This document shows positions 28,937 to 38,501 of a DNA stretch of 64,000 nt, in pieces. Source of the DNA: an uncultured virus (IMG/VR IMGVR_UViG_3300021375_002229) (taxonomy: Duplodnaviria > Heunggongvirae > Uroviricota > Caudoviricetes); the IMG/VR virus record IMGVR_UViG_3300021375_002229, one strand, 5' to 3'. The translations under genes were made by a program, and so were the position numbers. The notes under the pieces were generated by a model. That model made no database searches. It saw only the letters and a program-made list of their open reading frames with translations, and was not told where the DNA came from. Positions within the stretch are counted from its first letter, which is position 1. The number at the start of each line of letters is the position of its first letter.

Positions 28937-31651
28937 ATGAAGAAACTGTTTACATTAATATTATTTTTATTTTCCTTTATAGGATTCTCACAAAGTGGAG
29001 AAGGATATTTAGATTACGAATCTTGGAGTAGTTGTAATTGTTCATTTGTATTTAATGGTCAAACAGTATATTCCCATATAGGTTCTAAACAAGAATTTAA
29101 TTCTTGGATGGGGGTTACTGATAATGATACCAAACCACAAGTTGTAACTATTGATGGAGTTGATAAGACTCAAAAACTAAATAGTGGTGAAACTTTAGCA
29201 TATAGTCTTGGTGGTTTTGGTGAATCTTCTGGTGGACTAGGTGGGAGACCAACTGGTCAATCACAAGGAGAAAGATTTGTAGTTGATTATTGGGGTTGGT
29301 TTTATGCTGCTAATACAGGTAATTATAAATTCCAAACCCACTCGGATGATTCACATGAGTTTTATTTAGATTTAGATGGTAATGGTACATTTGAAAATGC
29401 AGAACTAATAACAAAGAAATATAATGGTTCAGGTGCCAACACCTCTTCTAATATCGCACTTACAAGTGGAACTTGGTATAAGTTAAGAGCAAGATATCAT
29501 GAATGGACTGGTGGAGATTGGATGAGAATAAGATATCAAAACCCATCAAATAATGGTACTGCAGATTGGAAAGTAGTTGGAGATAGTACTTGGGGTGATA
29601 AAGTATCAAATATTGACGCAAGTACTCCTTCATTCACTTCAACAGTTAATGATGGACCTAATGCAGTAACTTACAAATCTTTTAAGATTAATGATTATGC
29701 TAGTAACAATAATCAATCTGAATATAATGCTCATCCTCAGAGTGCATCTGATTTTGATGCCATGTTTGATTATGCTAACAAAAATACTACTACTTGGACA
29801 CATTGGGGAAGAGATACAGCAACTAAAGCTTTAACTTGGCCTTGGCCAAATATATTACCTCGTACATCTGATAGTAATAACTTTGGATGGATAATAGAAG
29901 GTTATTTTGTACCTCCAACTTCAGGTACTTATAAATTTCGATTAAACTCAGATGATAGGAGTGATTTATGGTTTGATGCAAATGATGATGGAACAATCAC
30001 TAATACAGGAATAGGATTAGGTAATGGAGCTAGAGATGTTGATATAACAAATTTAACAGCAGGTACATCATATAAGTTTAGAGTCAGATATGAACAAGGA
30101 GTAGGAGGAGCTAACTTAAAATTATTATGGAAATCACCAGAAGATGTAGCAGCAGGTGCTGATTGGGCTTTTAATGCTAATTCAATTTATAGTATAGATG
30201 CCGATAATTATGTTGAACCTTTTCACTATGATGTAAATTACAAATTTAGAAACATTGATGAAACTGGTTTTTCAATTAATACTTATTACGAAGTATCTTC
30301 ATCTGAAATTGCTAAAAACTCAAACTCAAATACAATCTCATTAGATGGAAATGGAGAAGCAACAATAACTTCTCAAGTAGATGAAGATTTAGTTGGACAA
30401 GGTAAATATGATATTACAGCAACACCGGGAAGTGTAGAGTGGGTTGTAATATATTCACCAATGGTAACTAATAAATACACATACCGAATTGGTTTGGATG
30501 TTAGAGAGTTTCCAAGTGGTGTAGATTTAGATGATGTTAATAATATAGAATTATTAGATTTAGTTGATACAGATGGTACATCTACTGCATTTGGAAGTAC
30601 ATTTAATAACTCTTGGGCAACAACATCATCAGACCAATATTGGAATAACTTTAACTTTTATATTTGGAATACAATTCCCTTTTCATCATCAAATTATTCT
30701 TCAAGTATTAGAAGTGCTAGTGGTTATCATGCACTAAAAGTAGAATTAAATTTCACAGAAGTAACTGCATATAAAACTCAATATGTAGTTTTTGATTCAC
30801 CATCAACAACTGAATTAGAAACGATGGTAGATGATGTATTCACAGTAGCAGATGTTGTGTTAGCATTTAACGAATTAGCAGGTGGTGGAATCAATGGTGG
30901 ATTCAAAGGAGATTTTGATTACAATGTTCAGTACGCAAATGCAGATGTAAGTAGAGATGGAGTATTTGATTTTAAGGATACACAGATAATGATTGATTTC
31001 TTAAATGGTGGAACTATGTTCGATGCATCTTATCTTGCAGCAGTAATGTCATTAACAGAGGTAAGTGCTTATAATTCTATGACATCAACAAATTGGACAA
31101 ACTATGGTGGAACTCGTACAATGTTTCCACTTGGATTAGTAACTGGTACTAACACATATGATAAGAGTATTGCAGTACATTGGAAAGGAGATGTTAATAT
31201 GTCTCATTCTCATTTACCATCGAGTGTACAAGTTACAAGTATGGCTAGAAATATGACAATAAGTAATTCTTCGAAATCTATACAGAATCAATTTGAAGTA
31301 GATTTAGATATCCAAAAGATTGAAGATGAAATTGTGGTAACTTTAAAAGTACCAGAAAACACCAAGAACATAACTGGTTCTGAATTTAGAGTAGGATATG
31401 ATAATAGTAGAGTAATCTTTGATAGATTAGAAAGTGATTCTGATTTACAATCCTTCTCAGCAAAAAGAACTTCTTATGTAAAATTGGGTTCAATATCTAC
31501 TGATGGTTCTCAGAATCTAAATGGTGGTATAGAATATAAAATATACTTTAAGGAAACTAATAATCTTGATTCTTTCTTAGGATTAGTTTCAATATTAAAG
31601 GTAGAGTTAGTTAAAAAGGATGGAACACAAATAGGGGTAATTGTAAAATGA
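28937..31651 (+). CDS. Secreted protein with two PA14 domains plus dockerin-like and C-terminal cohesin-like regions
   Basis: WGWFYAANTGNYKFQTHSDD and EGYFVPPTSGTYKFRLNSDD; ADVSRDGVFDFKD; GDVNMSHS; GSEFRVGYDNSRV; C-terminus KDGTQI matches ADGTQI of 22407. Confidence 0.75.
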   Translation: MKKLFTLILFLFSFIGFSQSGEGYLDYESWSSCNCSFVFNGQTVYSHIGSKQEFNSWMGVTDNDTKPQVVTIDGVDKTQKLNSGETLAYSLGGFGESSGGLGGRPTGQSQGERFVVDYWGWFYAANTGNYKFQTHSDDSHEFYLDLDGNGTFENAELITKKYNGSGANTSSNIALTSGTWYKLRARYHEWTGGDWMRIRYQNPSNNGTADWKVVGDSTWGDKVSNIDASTPSFTSTVNDGPNAVTYKSFKINDYASNNNQSEYNAHPQSASDFDAMFDYANKNTTTWTHWGRDTATKALTWPWPNILPRTSDSNNFGWIIEGYFVPPTSGTYKFRLNSDDRSDLWFDANDDGTITNTGIGLGNGARDVDITNLTAGTSYKFRVRYEQGVGGANLKLLWKSPEDVAAGADWAFNANSIYSIDADNYVEPFHYDVNYKFRNIDETGFSINTYYEVSSSEIAKNSNSNTISLDGNGEATITSQVDEDLVGQGKYDITATPGSVEWVVIYSPMVTNKYTYRIGLDVREFPSGVDLDDVNNIELLDLVDTDGTSTAFGSTFNNSWATTSSDQYWNNFNFYIWNTIPFSSSNYSSSIRSASGYHALKVELNFTEVTAYKTQYVVFDSPSTTELETMVDDVFTVADVVLAFNELAGGGINGGFKGDFDYNVQYANADVSRDGVFDFKDTQIMIDFLNGGTMFDASYLAAVMSLTEVSAYNSMTSTNWTNYGGTRTMFPLGLVTGTNTYDKSIAVHWKGDVNMSHSHLPSSVQVTSMARNMTISNSSKSIQNQFEVDLDIQKIEDEIVVTLKVPENTKNITGSEFRVGYDNSRVIFDRLESDSDLQSFSAKRTSYVKLGSISTDGSQNLNGGIEYKIYFKETNNLDSFLGLVSILKVELVKKDGTQIGVIVK

Positions 31652-32001
31652 GAAAATATTTAATACTTTTATTGTTCTTTTTATTTTCATGTGAAAAAGA
31701 TTTCATAGATGAAGGTGGTGTTTCTATCCCAAGGGAAGATAGAATCTTTGCTGTAACTCAAAGTTCAGTAGTTGATAATCAAACAATATTTTTTAACATA
31801 GAATCTAATGGAGAACATACTCTTGCTATAAAAGATTTAGAAACTAATTCTATTTTATCTAAAGAAACCTTTACACCAAAAAATGGTGTTGGAATAAATG
31901 ATAAAACGCTTTACATCAAAACATTACCCAAGAAAAAACTACAACTTCAATTAATATTAGGTAATGATATTATAAAATCAACGTTTATAATCGTAGAGTA
32001 A
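31648..32001 (+). CDS. Lipoprotein, paralog of 24100 (T9SS-CTD-like)
   Basis: Lipobox LFSC; GEHTLAIKD...ILSKE.F...G.N...YIKTLPKK.L.L.L. Confidence 0.55.
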   Translation: MRKYLILLLFFLFSCEKDFIDEGGVSIPREDRIFAVTQSSVVDNQTIFFNIESNGEHTLAIKDLETNSILSKETFTPKNGVGINDKTLYIKTLPKKKLQLQLILGNDIIKSTFIIVE

Positions 32002-32040
32002 TATATATGTGTATATCGTTTAAATAATCTATACAGTTAT

Positions 32041-32235
32041 ATGTCTCAAAAATTAAAACCTAGTACAAAAGAATATATTAAAGTCAATAATAAGATGACT
32101 AATAAATTCATGATGAAGCACTATACTCCTTCATCAACCTCTACTGAAGAGTTACTAAAAATGTATGAATCATCTTCTTACAAAAAAAAGAAAGAAATGA
32201 TTCGTAAAGAATTAGTAAAAAGAGGAAAACTTTAG
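32041..32235 (+). CDS. Small basic hypothetical protein
   Basis: 64 aa, Lys-rich. Confidence 0.6.
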   Translation: MSQKLKPSTKEYIKVNNKMTNKFMMKHYTPSSTSTEELLKMYESSSYKKKKEMIRKELVKRGKL

Positions 32236-32266
32236 TAATATATTAAAAGAATATATTTATAGTAGT

Positions 32267-32914
32267 ATGTTTATATTCACAGAAGAAAATATTGGAAATA
32301 TTAAAAATGCCGTTTACACAAAAGATGGTGTAAAGAAAAAGCATGCCAAAAAGATTGAAGCAATCAAGGATGGTATGTTTAAGGAATTCAACTATTCTAA
32401 ATACAAAGTAAAAAATCCTCCAAAAAATACTTCAATGATAGTTTATAATGAACTGCAATTCTTAAAAGATTTACCTGAAGATGATTCATATGTAGAAGAA
32501 CATGATGATATTGAAAAAGTATTTGAACAAGTTTGCAAAGAAAATAATGTTGAATATCCAAAAGAATTAGTAGAAAACTTACTTAAATCAGCAGCAGGTA
32601 TTATATTAGATTTAAAATACATACATAATAGACCAAGACCATTTCAATTAGCATCACACTATAATATGAAATTGGGTGAGCACGTACTTGAAAGTATGAA
32701 AACCCCTTCTTACCCATCAGGGCATTCCGCACAAGGTATCTTGGTAGGAAAGGTATTACAAACAAAATTACCAATCAATACAGATGCTTTTTTAGAAGCA
32801 GGTAAACGAATATCATATAGTAGAAATTTAGGAAGAGCACATTTCCCATCTGATTCAAGATTGGGTGAAGATATTGGTACTGCTATGTACCAACACATAA
32901 AACACAAGATTTAA
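32267..32914 (+). CDS. PAP2/acid phosphatase-haloperoxidase superfamily protein
   Basis: K-x6-RP (KYIHNRPRP), PSGH, SR-x5-H-x3-D. Confidence 0.85.
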   Translation: MFIFTEENIGNIKNAVYTKDGVKKKHAKKIEAIKDGMFKEFNYSKYKVKNPPKNTSMIVYNELQFLKDLPEDDSYVEEHDDIEKVFEQVCKENNVEYPKELVENLLKSAAGIILDLKYIHNRPRPFQLASHYNMKLGEHVLESMKTPSYPSGHSAQGILVGKVLQTKLPINTDAFLEAGKRISYSRNLGRAHFPSDSRLGEDIGTAMYQHIKHKI

Positions 32915-32967
32915 TACTTATACACAAATACTTTTATATTTATATAGTATAGAATAAGGAATAACAT

Positions 32968-33390
32968 ATGACATTACGAGATTTAAAAGAAACAGTAACA
33001 CAAGTTCTTAGAGAGAGAAGTATAAATGCTATCTCAAAACTACAACAAAAGAATCTTGATGCAATTTCCAAAGCATTAGAGTTTTACAAAAAGAACAAGC
33101 ATACAGATAAGAAAGAACCTTTTATTAAATTACTTAAGAAACTTGGTAAAGAAAAAGAATCTTTGGCAAAAGAACTTGATATGAAAGTTAGTGGTATGTA
33201 TAAAAATGCTGAATACAAAGGTGAATCAGTTGAGGAATCATTAAACGAAGGACCATCTACTGAAGAAAAAAGAATTGCTATGTTGGCTGTTAGAAAACAA
33301 GCTAAATATAGAAGTGTAAGTATATCTCAAGCAATTCAAGACCAAATAAATGCATTAGAAGAATTAAAAAGACAATATAAAGGAAAATAG
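32968..33390 (+). CDS. Hypothetical protein, possible internal head protein
   Basis: MTLRDLKE start, ESVEESLNEG linker. Confidence 0.55.
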   Translation: MTLRDLKETVTQVLRERSINAISKLQQKNLDAISKALEFYKKNKHTDKKEPFIKLLKKLGKEKESLAKELDMKVSGMYKNAEYKGESVEESLNEGPSTEEKRIAMLAVRKQAKYRSVSISQAIQDQINALEELKRQYKGK

Positions 33391-33713
33391 TGATTAAACT
33401 AAAAGACATATTATCTGAAACTAAAGTAGAACTTGGTAAAGTTTATTCTAACCCTTATGCAACCGCATTTAAAGTACAAGAAACTATTAAAGAAGATGAC
33501 CATGAAGTTGGTATGGGATTATCATCCCTAAAATCATCAGTTCGTTCCGCTAAAATAATATATGATAATATAAAAAAAAGAAACATTGAAGATTTAGATG
33601 GTTGGGTTCAAGAGAAAATGACCTTAGCATCTGATTATCTTAAAAGTGTTGCTGATTACATGGAAGATTTAGACGAATACGATAAAGATGGAACAGATAC
33701 TAACAAATCATAA
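33390..33713 (+). CDS. Hypothetical protein, possible internal head protein
   Basis: IKLKDILSE start; DHEVGM...WVQEKMTLASDYL..V.DYM. Confidence 0.6.
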   Translation: MIKLKDILSETKVELGKVYSNPYATAFKVQETIKEDDHEVGMGLSSLKSSVRSAKIIYDNIKKRNIEDLDGWVQEKMTLASDYLKSVADYMEDLDEYDKDGTDTNKS

Positions 33714-34329
33714 TCATATAATGGAATTACTTGGAGCATTTCTCACCGGTGTAGTGGGACCGATAATGTATCTACTTATCAGTAGACATTTACAGAAAGA
33801 ACGAAATAAAAAAAGAGATGTTGTAAAAGAAAATATCTCTAGTACAATGGTTATTGAAGATGAACTCGAAGATATACGAGAAGAGTTCAAATCTGATAGA
33901 GCATGGATTTCACAATTCCACAATGGTGGTAACTTTTACCCCACAGGTAAATCAATACAAAAGTTCTCAATCTTTTATGAAGTTGCAAAAAAAGGAGTTT
34001 CATCAGTTTCTCATGTATTCAATAACATTCCTTGTTCACTTTACCCAAAAGCATTTGACCATATGTTAAATGGTGAAAAGAAAGGTATATTCGTATCAGA
34101 TTATAATGACCCAAAAATTGCAACCTATGGATTAAAAGGAGCAGCAGAATCAGTAGGAACAAAATCTTCATATGTAATTCCTTTATTCACACTTGATGAA
34201 AAATTTATTGGTTCACTTGGTATTGATTATGTAAATAGAAAAAAGAAAATAACCAAATCAGAGTGGGAAAATCTTCAAATTAAAGCTGGTAGAATTGCAG
34301 GTTACTTATCTTCACATTTAGAACAGTAA
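33688..34329 (+). CDS. N-terminal TM plus GAF-like domain protein (possible T4 T-type holin)
   Basis: One TM; SDRAWISQFHNG; KSSYVIPLF..FIGSLGIDY GAF signature. Confidence 0.55.
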   Translation: MEQILTNHNHIMELLGAFLTGVVGPIMYLLISRHLQKERNKKRDVVKENISSTMVIEDELEDIREEFKSDRAWISQFHNGGNFYPTGKSIQKFSIFYEVAKKGVSSVSHVFNNIPCSLYPKAFDHMLNGEKKGIFVSDYNDPKIATYGLKGAAESVGTKSSYVIPLFTLDEKFIGSLGIDYVNRKKKITKSEWENLQIKAGRIAGYLSSHLEQ

Positions 34330-34345
34330 AATAATTCACTTTTTA

Positions 34346-34377
34346 TTTGGATTTTTCATTTATTTTTCGTATATTAG
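34346..34377 (+). promoter_or_regulatory. Bacteroidota sigma70-type promoter
   Basis: TTTG(34346)-N20-TATATTAG(34370). Confidence 0.7.
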
Positions 34378-34386
34378 TATGTTAAG

Positions 34387-34932
34387 ATGATTAGATTAAA
34401 AGATATGATAGCACGAAATTTATTCACAGAATCAAAGAAACTAAGAGTGTTTGATTTTGATGATACTTTGGTTAAAACAACTTCCTTTATTTATGTAACC
34501 AATGGTAGTAAGAAAAAGAAACTTACACCAGGTGAATACGCAGTATATAATGAAAAACCTGGTGATGAATTTGATTTCTCAGATTTCTCTAAGGTACAAG
34601 ACCCAAACGAAATTAAAAAGATAACTAAGGTTCTAAGAAGAATCGTTAGTAGTAGTGGTGGTGATGGAGTTCATATCCTAACCGCAAGAGCAGCATTCAA
34701 ACCGATAAGACAATACTTAAAAGATATCGGTATTAATATGAGTAAAATATATGTAACCGCATTAGCATCTAACAATCCAAAAGATAAAGCTGATTGGATT
34801 GAAGATAAGATTGATAATGAAGGATACGATGATGTATATTTTGCTGATGATTCTCAAAAGAACGTAGATGCCACTAAGAAGATGTTAAGAGGTAAGGATG
34901 TTCGTTGGAGAGTTCAACACATAAAACATTAA
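34387..34932 (+). CDS. HAD-superfamily phosphatase
   Basis: VFDFDDTL, ILTAR, K, FADDSQKN. Confidence 0.85.
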   Translation: MIRLKDMIARNLFTESKKLRVFDFDDTLVKTTSFIYVTNGSKKKKLTPGEYAVYNEKPGDEFDFSDFSKVQDPNEIKKITKVLRRIVSSSGGDGVHILTARAAFKPIRQYLKDIGINMSKIYVTALASNNPKDKADWIEDKIDNEGYDDVYFADDSQKNVDATKKMLRGKDVRWRVQHIKH

Positions 34933-34980
34933 GTTCGGTACAATTATTGTACTATATTTACATAATCTATATTTATAATT

Positions 34981-35952
34981 ATGAGATACCTATTACTTTT
35001 ACTTATAATTTTTCTAACAAGTTGTTCATCAACCTATCATTTATCAAGTTATTATTCTAATGACCCAATTTATGGTGTAACCCAAAGTGGTGATAGCATT
35101 AGAGTAGATGTTATTGAAAATGAATTTCAATTCCAAAGAAAACTACAATGGGATGATAAGTTCAGATGGAGCTTTTCAACCTTTGCACAAAACCAACCAC
35201 TTAGTTGGTATTACAGAAACTTCAATCAATTAGGAGGATGGAGAAGTCCTTACACACCATTTGATATTTATTGGAATAGAAATTTATTCTGGTCTAACTG
35301 GTCATTCAACTATGGATTTACTTATGGATATGGATTCAATCGTGGTATCTTTGGATTAAACAATTGGGGAAGTTGGAACTATCCATATTGGGGTAGAGGA
35401 AATTATGGATATGGTTGGAATGATTGGAGATGGAATAATAGAATAGATAATAACTATTGGATTGAAAGAAATCAAAGAAATCAAATTGCTAACAATCGAG
35501 TATATGTTAGAGGAAGAAGAGGTTCTACTAATAATGTAGTACCAAATCTAAGAAATGATGTTAACAAAGTAACTCCAAGGGTTAGAGTTAACCAAGGTAG
35601 AAGAATACCAACACCAGATGATATAGATGTGGTAATCGAAAGACCTAAAAGAAACGTTCTTGGTAGATTTGTTGATAAGATGGAAACTAAGGGTATTAAG
35701 GTAAGAACATATCAGAACCCAAACAACGCACCTACCCCTAGAATTAGAAACTATAATAGAGTAGAGAATAGCAATAGAAGTAATAATAACATTATTATCA
35801 GAAGAAACTCTAATAGTGTAAGACAAATTCCAACAAGAACTGCACCAACAAGAACCTATTCACCACCACCATCAAGAAGTAATAATAGTGGTAGAAGTGG
35901 AGGAGGAGTATCTGTTAGTAGAAGTTCACGAGGTGGAAAGATTAATCAATAA
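34981..35952 (+). CDS. Lipoprotein with W/Y/N/G-rich middle and R/S/N-rich disordered tail
   Basis: Lipobox LTSC; compositional bias. Confidence 0.7.
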   Translation: MRYLLLLLIIFLTSCSSTYHLSSYYSNDPIYGVTQSGDSIRVDVIENEFQFQRKLQWDDKFRWSFSTFAQNQPLSWYYRNFNQLGGWRSPYTPFDIYWNRNLFWSNWSFNYGFTYGYGFNRGIFGLNNWGSWNYPYWGRGNYGYGWNDWRWNNRIDNNYWIERNQRNQIANNRVYVRGRRGSTNNVVPNLRNDVNKVTPRVRVNQGRRIPTPDDIDVVIERPKRNVLGRFVDKMETKGIKVRTYQNPNNAPTPRIRNYNRVENSNRSNNNIIIRRNSNSVRQIPTRTAPTRTYSPPPSRSNNSGRSGGGVSVSRSSRGGKINQ

Positions 35953-35960
35953 GAGATAGT

Positions 35961-36764
35961 ATGTTTATCATTTCAAATGGATGTTCCCATACATTTACTA
36001 GAAAAGATTCCAATTATTTATCTTTCTTACAAGGGTTGATAGGAAATAATATTACATTAAATTACATATCAGCTACTTCATATTTATTTGGTGGACAAAA
36101 ACAAGAACTTTCTATTTTTGATAAAGCTCAAAGACCATCTTGGTTTTCAAATTTTCAAGAAACTGTAAGACCAGACGATTTTGATATTATAACTAAACTA
36201 CGAACTTCAGATAATGGAATTATATCTTTATCATTCGATGGTAAATCAAATCAAACAATATTTTTAGAAACTATTGAATATATTAACAAATGTATATCTA
36301 ATGATTCTAAGCCAGATTATGTAGTTATACAATGGAGTGGACCGAGTAGAACTCTTAATTGTATTCCAAATACTTATGCTACTTATGAATGGATAGAGGC
36401 AACTCCTATGGATAATACTGAATATGGTATATTAATCGAACCATTTGCAAGTTTGCAAACATTAATGTACATCTATAATTTACAAACCTTTTTAAAATCT
36501 CATAATATAGATTATACTTTTTTGTGTTATATGGAGTTGGATTCTTCTGTAACTAAATTAGATACATTTAATTTAATTGATTTAAATAATTTTATTTCAT
36601 ATGAAAATTCACATCCTATACTTGATGGATTTATAAATAATTTTAAAGAAAAGGGCTGGGTATCTGATAAAGATGGACACCCATCTTCAAAATCATCTAA
36701 ATATATGGCGGGTAAAATAAAAGAACATATTAATCAAAACTTAAAACAAAATATACTTATATAA
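35961..36764 (+). CDS. SGNH-like protein
   Basis: NGCSHT, GKSN, IQWSGPSR, DGHPS. Confidence 0.65.
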   Translation: MFIISNGCSHTFTRKDSNYLSFLQGLIGNNITLNYISATSYLFGGQKQELSIFDKAQRPSWFSNFQETVRPDDFDIITKLRTSDNGIISLSFDGKSNQTIFLETIEYINKCISNDSKPDYVVIQWSGPSRTLNCIPNTYATYEWIEATPMDNTEYGILIEPFASLQTLMYIYNLQTFLKSHNIDYTFLCYMELDSSVTKLDTFNLIDLNNFISYENSHPILDGFINNFKEKGWVSDKDGHPSSKSSKYMAGKIKEHINQNLKQNILI

Positions 36765-36777
36765 AAGGAAAATACCC

Positions 36778-37947
36778 ATGTCAAGAATCAAAACCGAAAT
36801 TTTAAGTAAACTTAAAGAGTACGCATCGAAGATGGGTACTAACACTATGGGTGGCGATGATTACACTTCTAAGAAAAAGGGTGGATTAAGAGATTTTGAT
36901 GGATATGATAATGTAGATTACAATAAGGATATGCCTATGGATGAAGGAATGTTTTCTACAATAGACCAAATCAGACAAGATTCAAAAGATGTTAGAGATT
37001 TCGTAAAGAAAGTATTTAAAGATAGAGAATTTAAAAAGATGAGTAATGATAAAGAATTCATTAAGTATCTTAAATCTATTTATGAATCAGTTAATGAAGA
37101 TGGTCATCCACAAAATTGGATGAGTGGTAGAACTTCTGATTACCATACTGCACTAAGAGGTAAGAATAAAGATTATAGTGGTGGTACTAACTTTAAAAAA
37201 AAGAATCATGGTCAACCTGATATAGAAGAAGAAGATGAGGACCAAGAAACTAATCAACTTTCCAATAAACAACTTCATGTGAAAGCTAAATTAAAAGTAG
37301 CTGAGAGTGGAAAAAAAAAATCCGATAAGAACTACAAGGACTGGAAAAGTACCAACGAAGGATTTGATAAAATAGAACACTTAAAACTTCTTAATAAGGC
37401 AATGAGAGCAATGCCTGGTTCACCTAAACAAAAGGATATCATCAGAAAACTTAACGTAGTTAGAAAAGCTGGTGGAATGAGACCACTTAAAGAAAGAACT
37501 AAAACTGATTTCAATTCTAAAGGATATAAGGAAGCATCTAAGCTAATTGCTAAACTTCGTTCTACTACATTCAAAAAAATGAATGATGATGAGTTAGAAC
37601 AATTCAGAGCAGCACTTGCATTTTCATTTGATTTAAAAGAATATGCATCTAAACTTACCTTATCTTATATAGCAGATAAAGATTCCAAGTTAGATGGAAC
37701 ACCAGAAGATATAAAAGCAATCGATGAGAAAGCTGAAAGAGATTACAAAGATGAGTACAAGAAATTCCAATCATCAAAGAAATCAAAAAAATACAGAGCA
37801 GAACTAAATAAGTACAATAGACAAAAAGGTACTTATGGTAATGGTGATGGTAAAGATGCATCTCACAAAGGTGGGAAGATAGTAGGTTTCGAATCTGCAT
37901 CTAAGAATAGAGGTAGAAAAGAAAAAAGTAGATTAAAAAAGAAATAG
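36778..37947 (+). CDS. Mosaic protein, possible head polyprotein, with C-terminal HNH-like domain
   Basis: Repeated LKEYASK and xNE linkers; C-terminal RDYKDEY...GDGKDASH...SKNR. Confidence 0.55.
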   Translation: MSRIKTEILSKLKEYASKMGTNTMGGDDYTSKKKGGLRDFDGYDNVDYNKDMPMDEGMFSTIDQIRQDSKDVRDFVKKVFKDREFKKMSNDKEFIKYLKSIYESVNEDGHPQNWMSGRTSDYHTALRGKNKDYSGGTNFKKKNHGQPDIEEEDEDQETNQLSNKQLHVKAKLKVAESGKKKSDKNYKDWKSTNEGFDKIEHLKLLNKAMRAMPGSPKQKDIIRKLNVVRKAGGMRPLKERTKTDFNSKGYKEASKLIAKLRSTTFKKMNDDELEQFRAALAFSFDLKEYASKLTLSYIADKDSKLDGTPEDIKAIDEKAERDYKDEYKKFQSSKKSKKYRAELNKYNRQKGTYGNGDGKDASHKGGKIVGFESASKNRGRKEKSRLKKK

Positions 37948-37958
37948 GAACTTAGATT

Positions 37959-38447
37959 ATGCCAATCAAACCAAAAGGAATTATCGTACACTCAATGGCA
38001 GAATACTTAAAGATGCCAGAAGGACCGATGAAAGCACATGACTTTCTAAAAACACTCAAACTTTCAGTACATGGATTTATACATCCTGATGGAACTTATG
38101 AAAAAATGGTAAGTTCACCAGGTAAAGCATTCCACGCTGGTAAATCAGAATGGAATGGTTTACAACATCTTAATTCACATTACTTAGGATTTGAACTTCT
38201 TGTACAAGGAGAACACGATTTCGGTACGTTTAGTAAAGCAATAGAACAAGAAGGTACTTACACCGAAGAACAATTTAAAACCTCGGTAGAAACTGTTAAA
38301 TGGTGGATGAATCAATATGATATTCCAGCTGATAATGTAGTAAGACATTCTGATTGTAGTGGTGATGATGTAAGAGGAAAAGGAAAAGGTAAAACAGACC
38401 CTGGTTCAGCATTTGATTGGGAACGATTCAAAAAAGAAATTTCCTAA
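37959..38447 (+). CDS. N-acetylmuramoyl-L-alanine amidase (Amidase_2), probable endolysin
   Basis: IIVHS, SVHGFI, AFHAGKS, GFE, VVRHSD, KTDPG..FDW. Confidence 0.88.
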   Translation: MPIKPKGIIVHSMAEYLKMPEGPMKAHDFLKTLKLSVHGFIHPDGTYEKMVSSPGKAFHAGKSEWNGLQHLNSHYLGFELLVQGEHDFGTFSKAIEQEGTYTEEQFKTSVETVKWWMNQYDIPADNVVRHSDCSGDDVRGKGKGKTDPGSAFDWERFKKEIS

Positions 38448-38501
38448 TATATATAATAGTAAAATAAAAGTTATAGTTTGAATTTAATAAGGAGAAAATG
38501 G

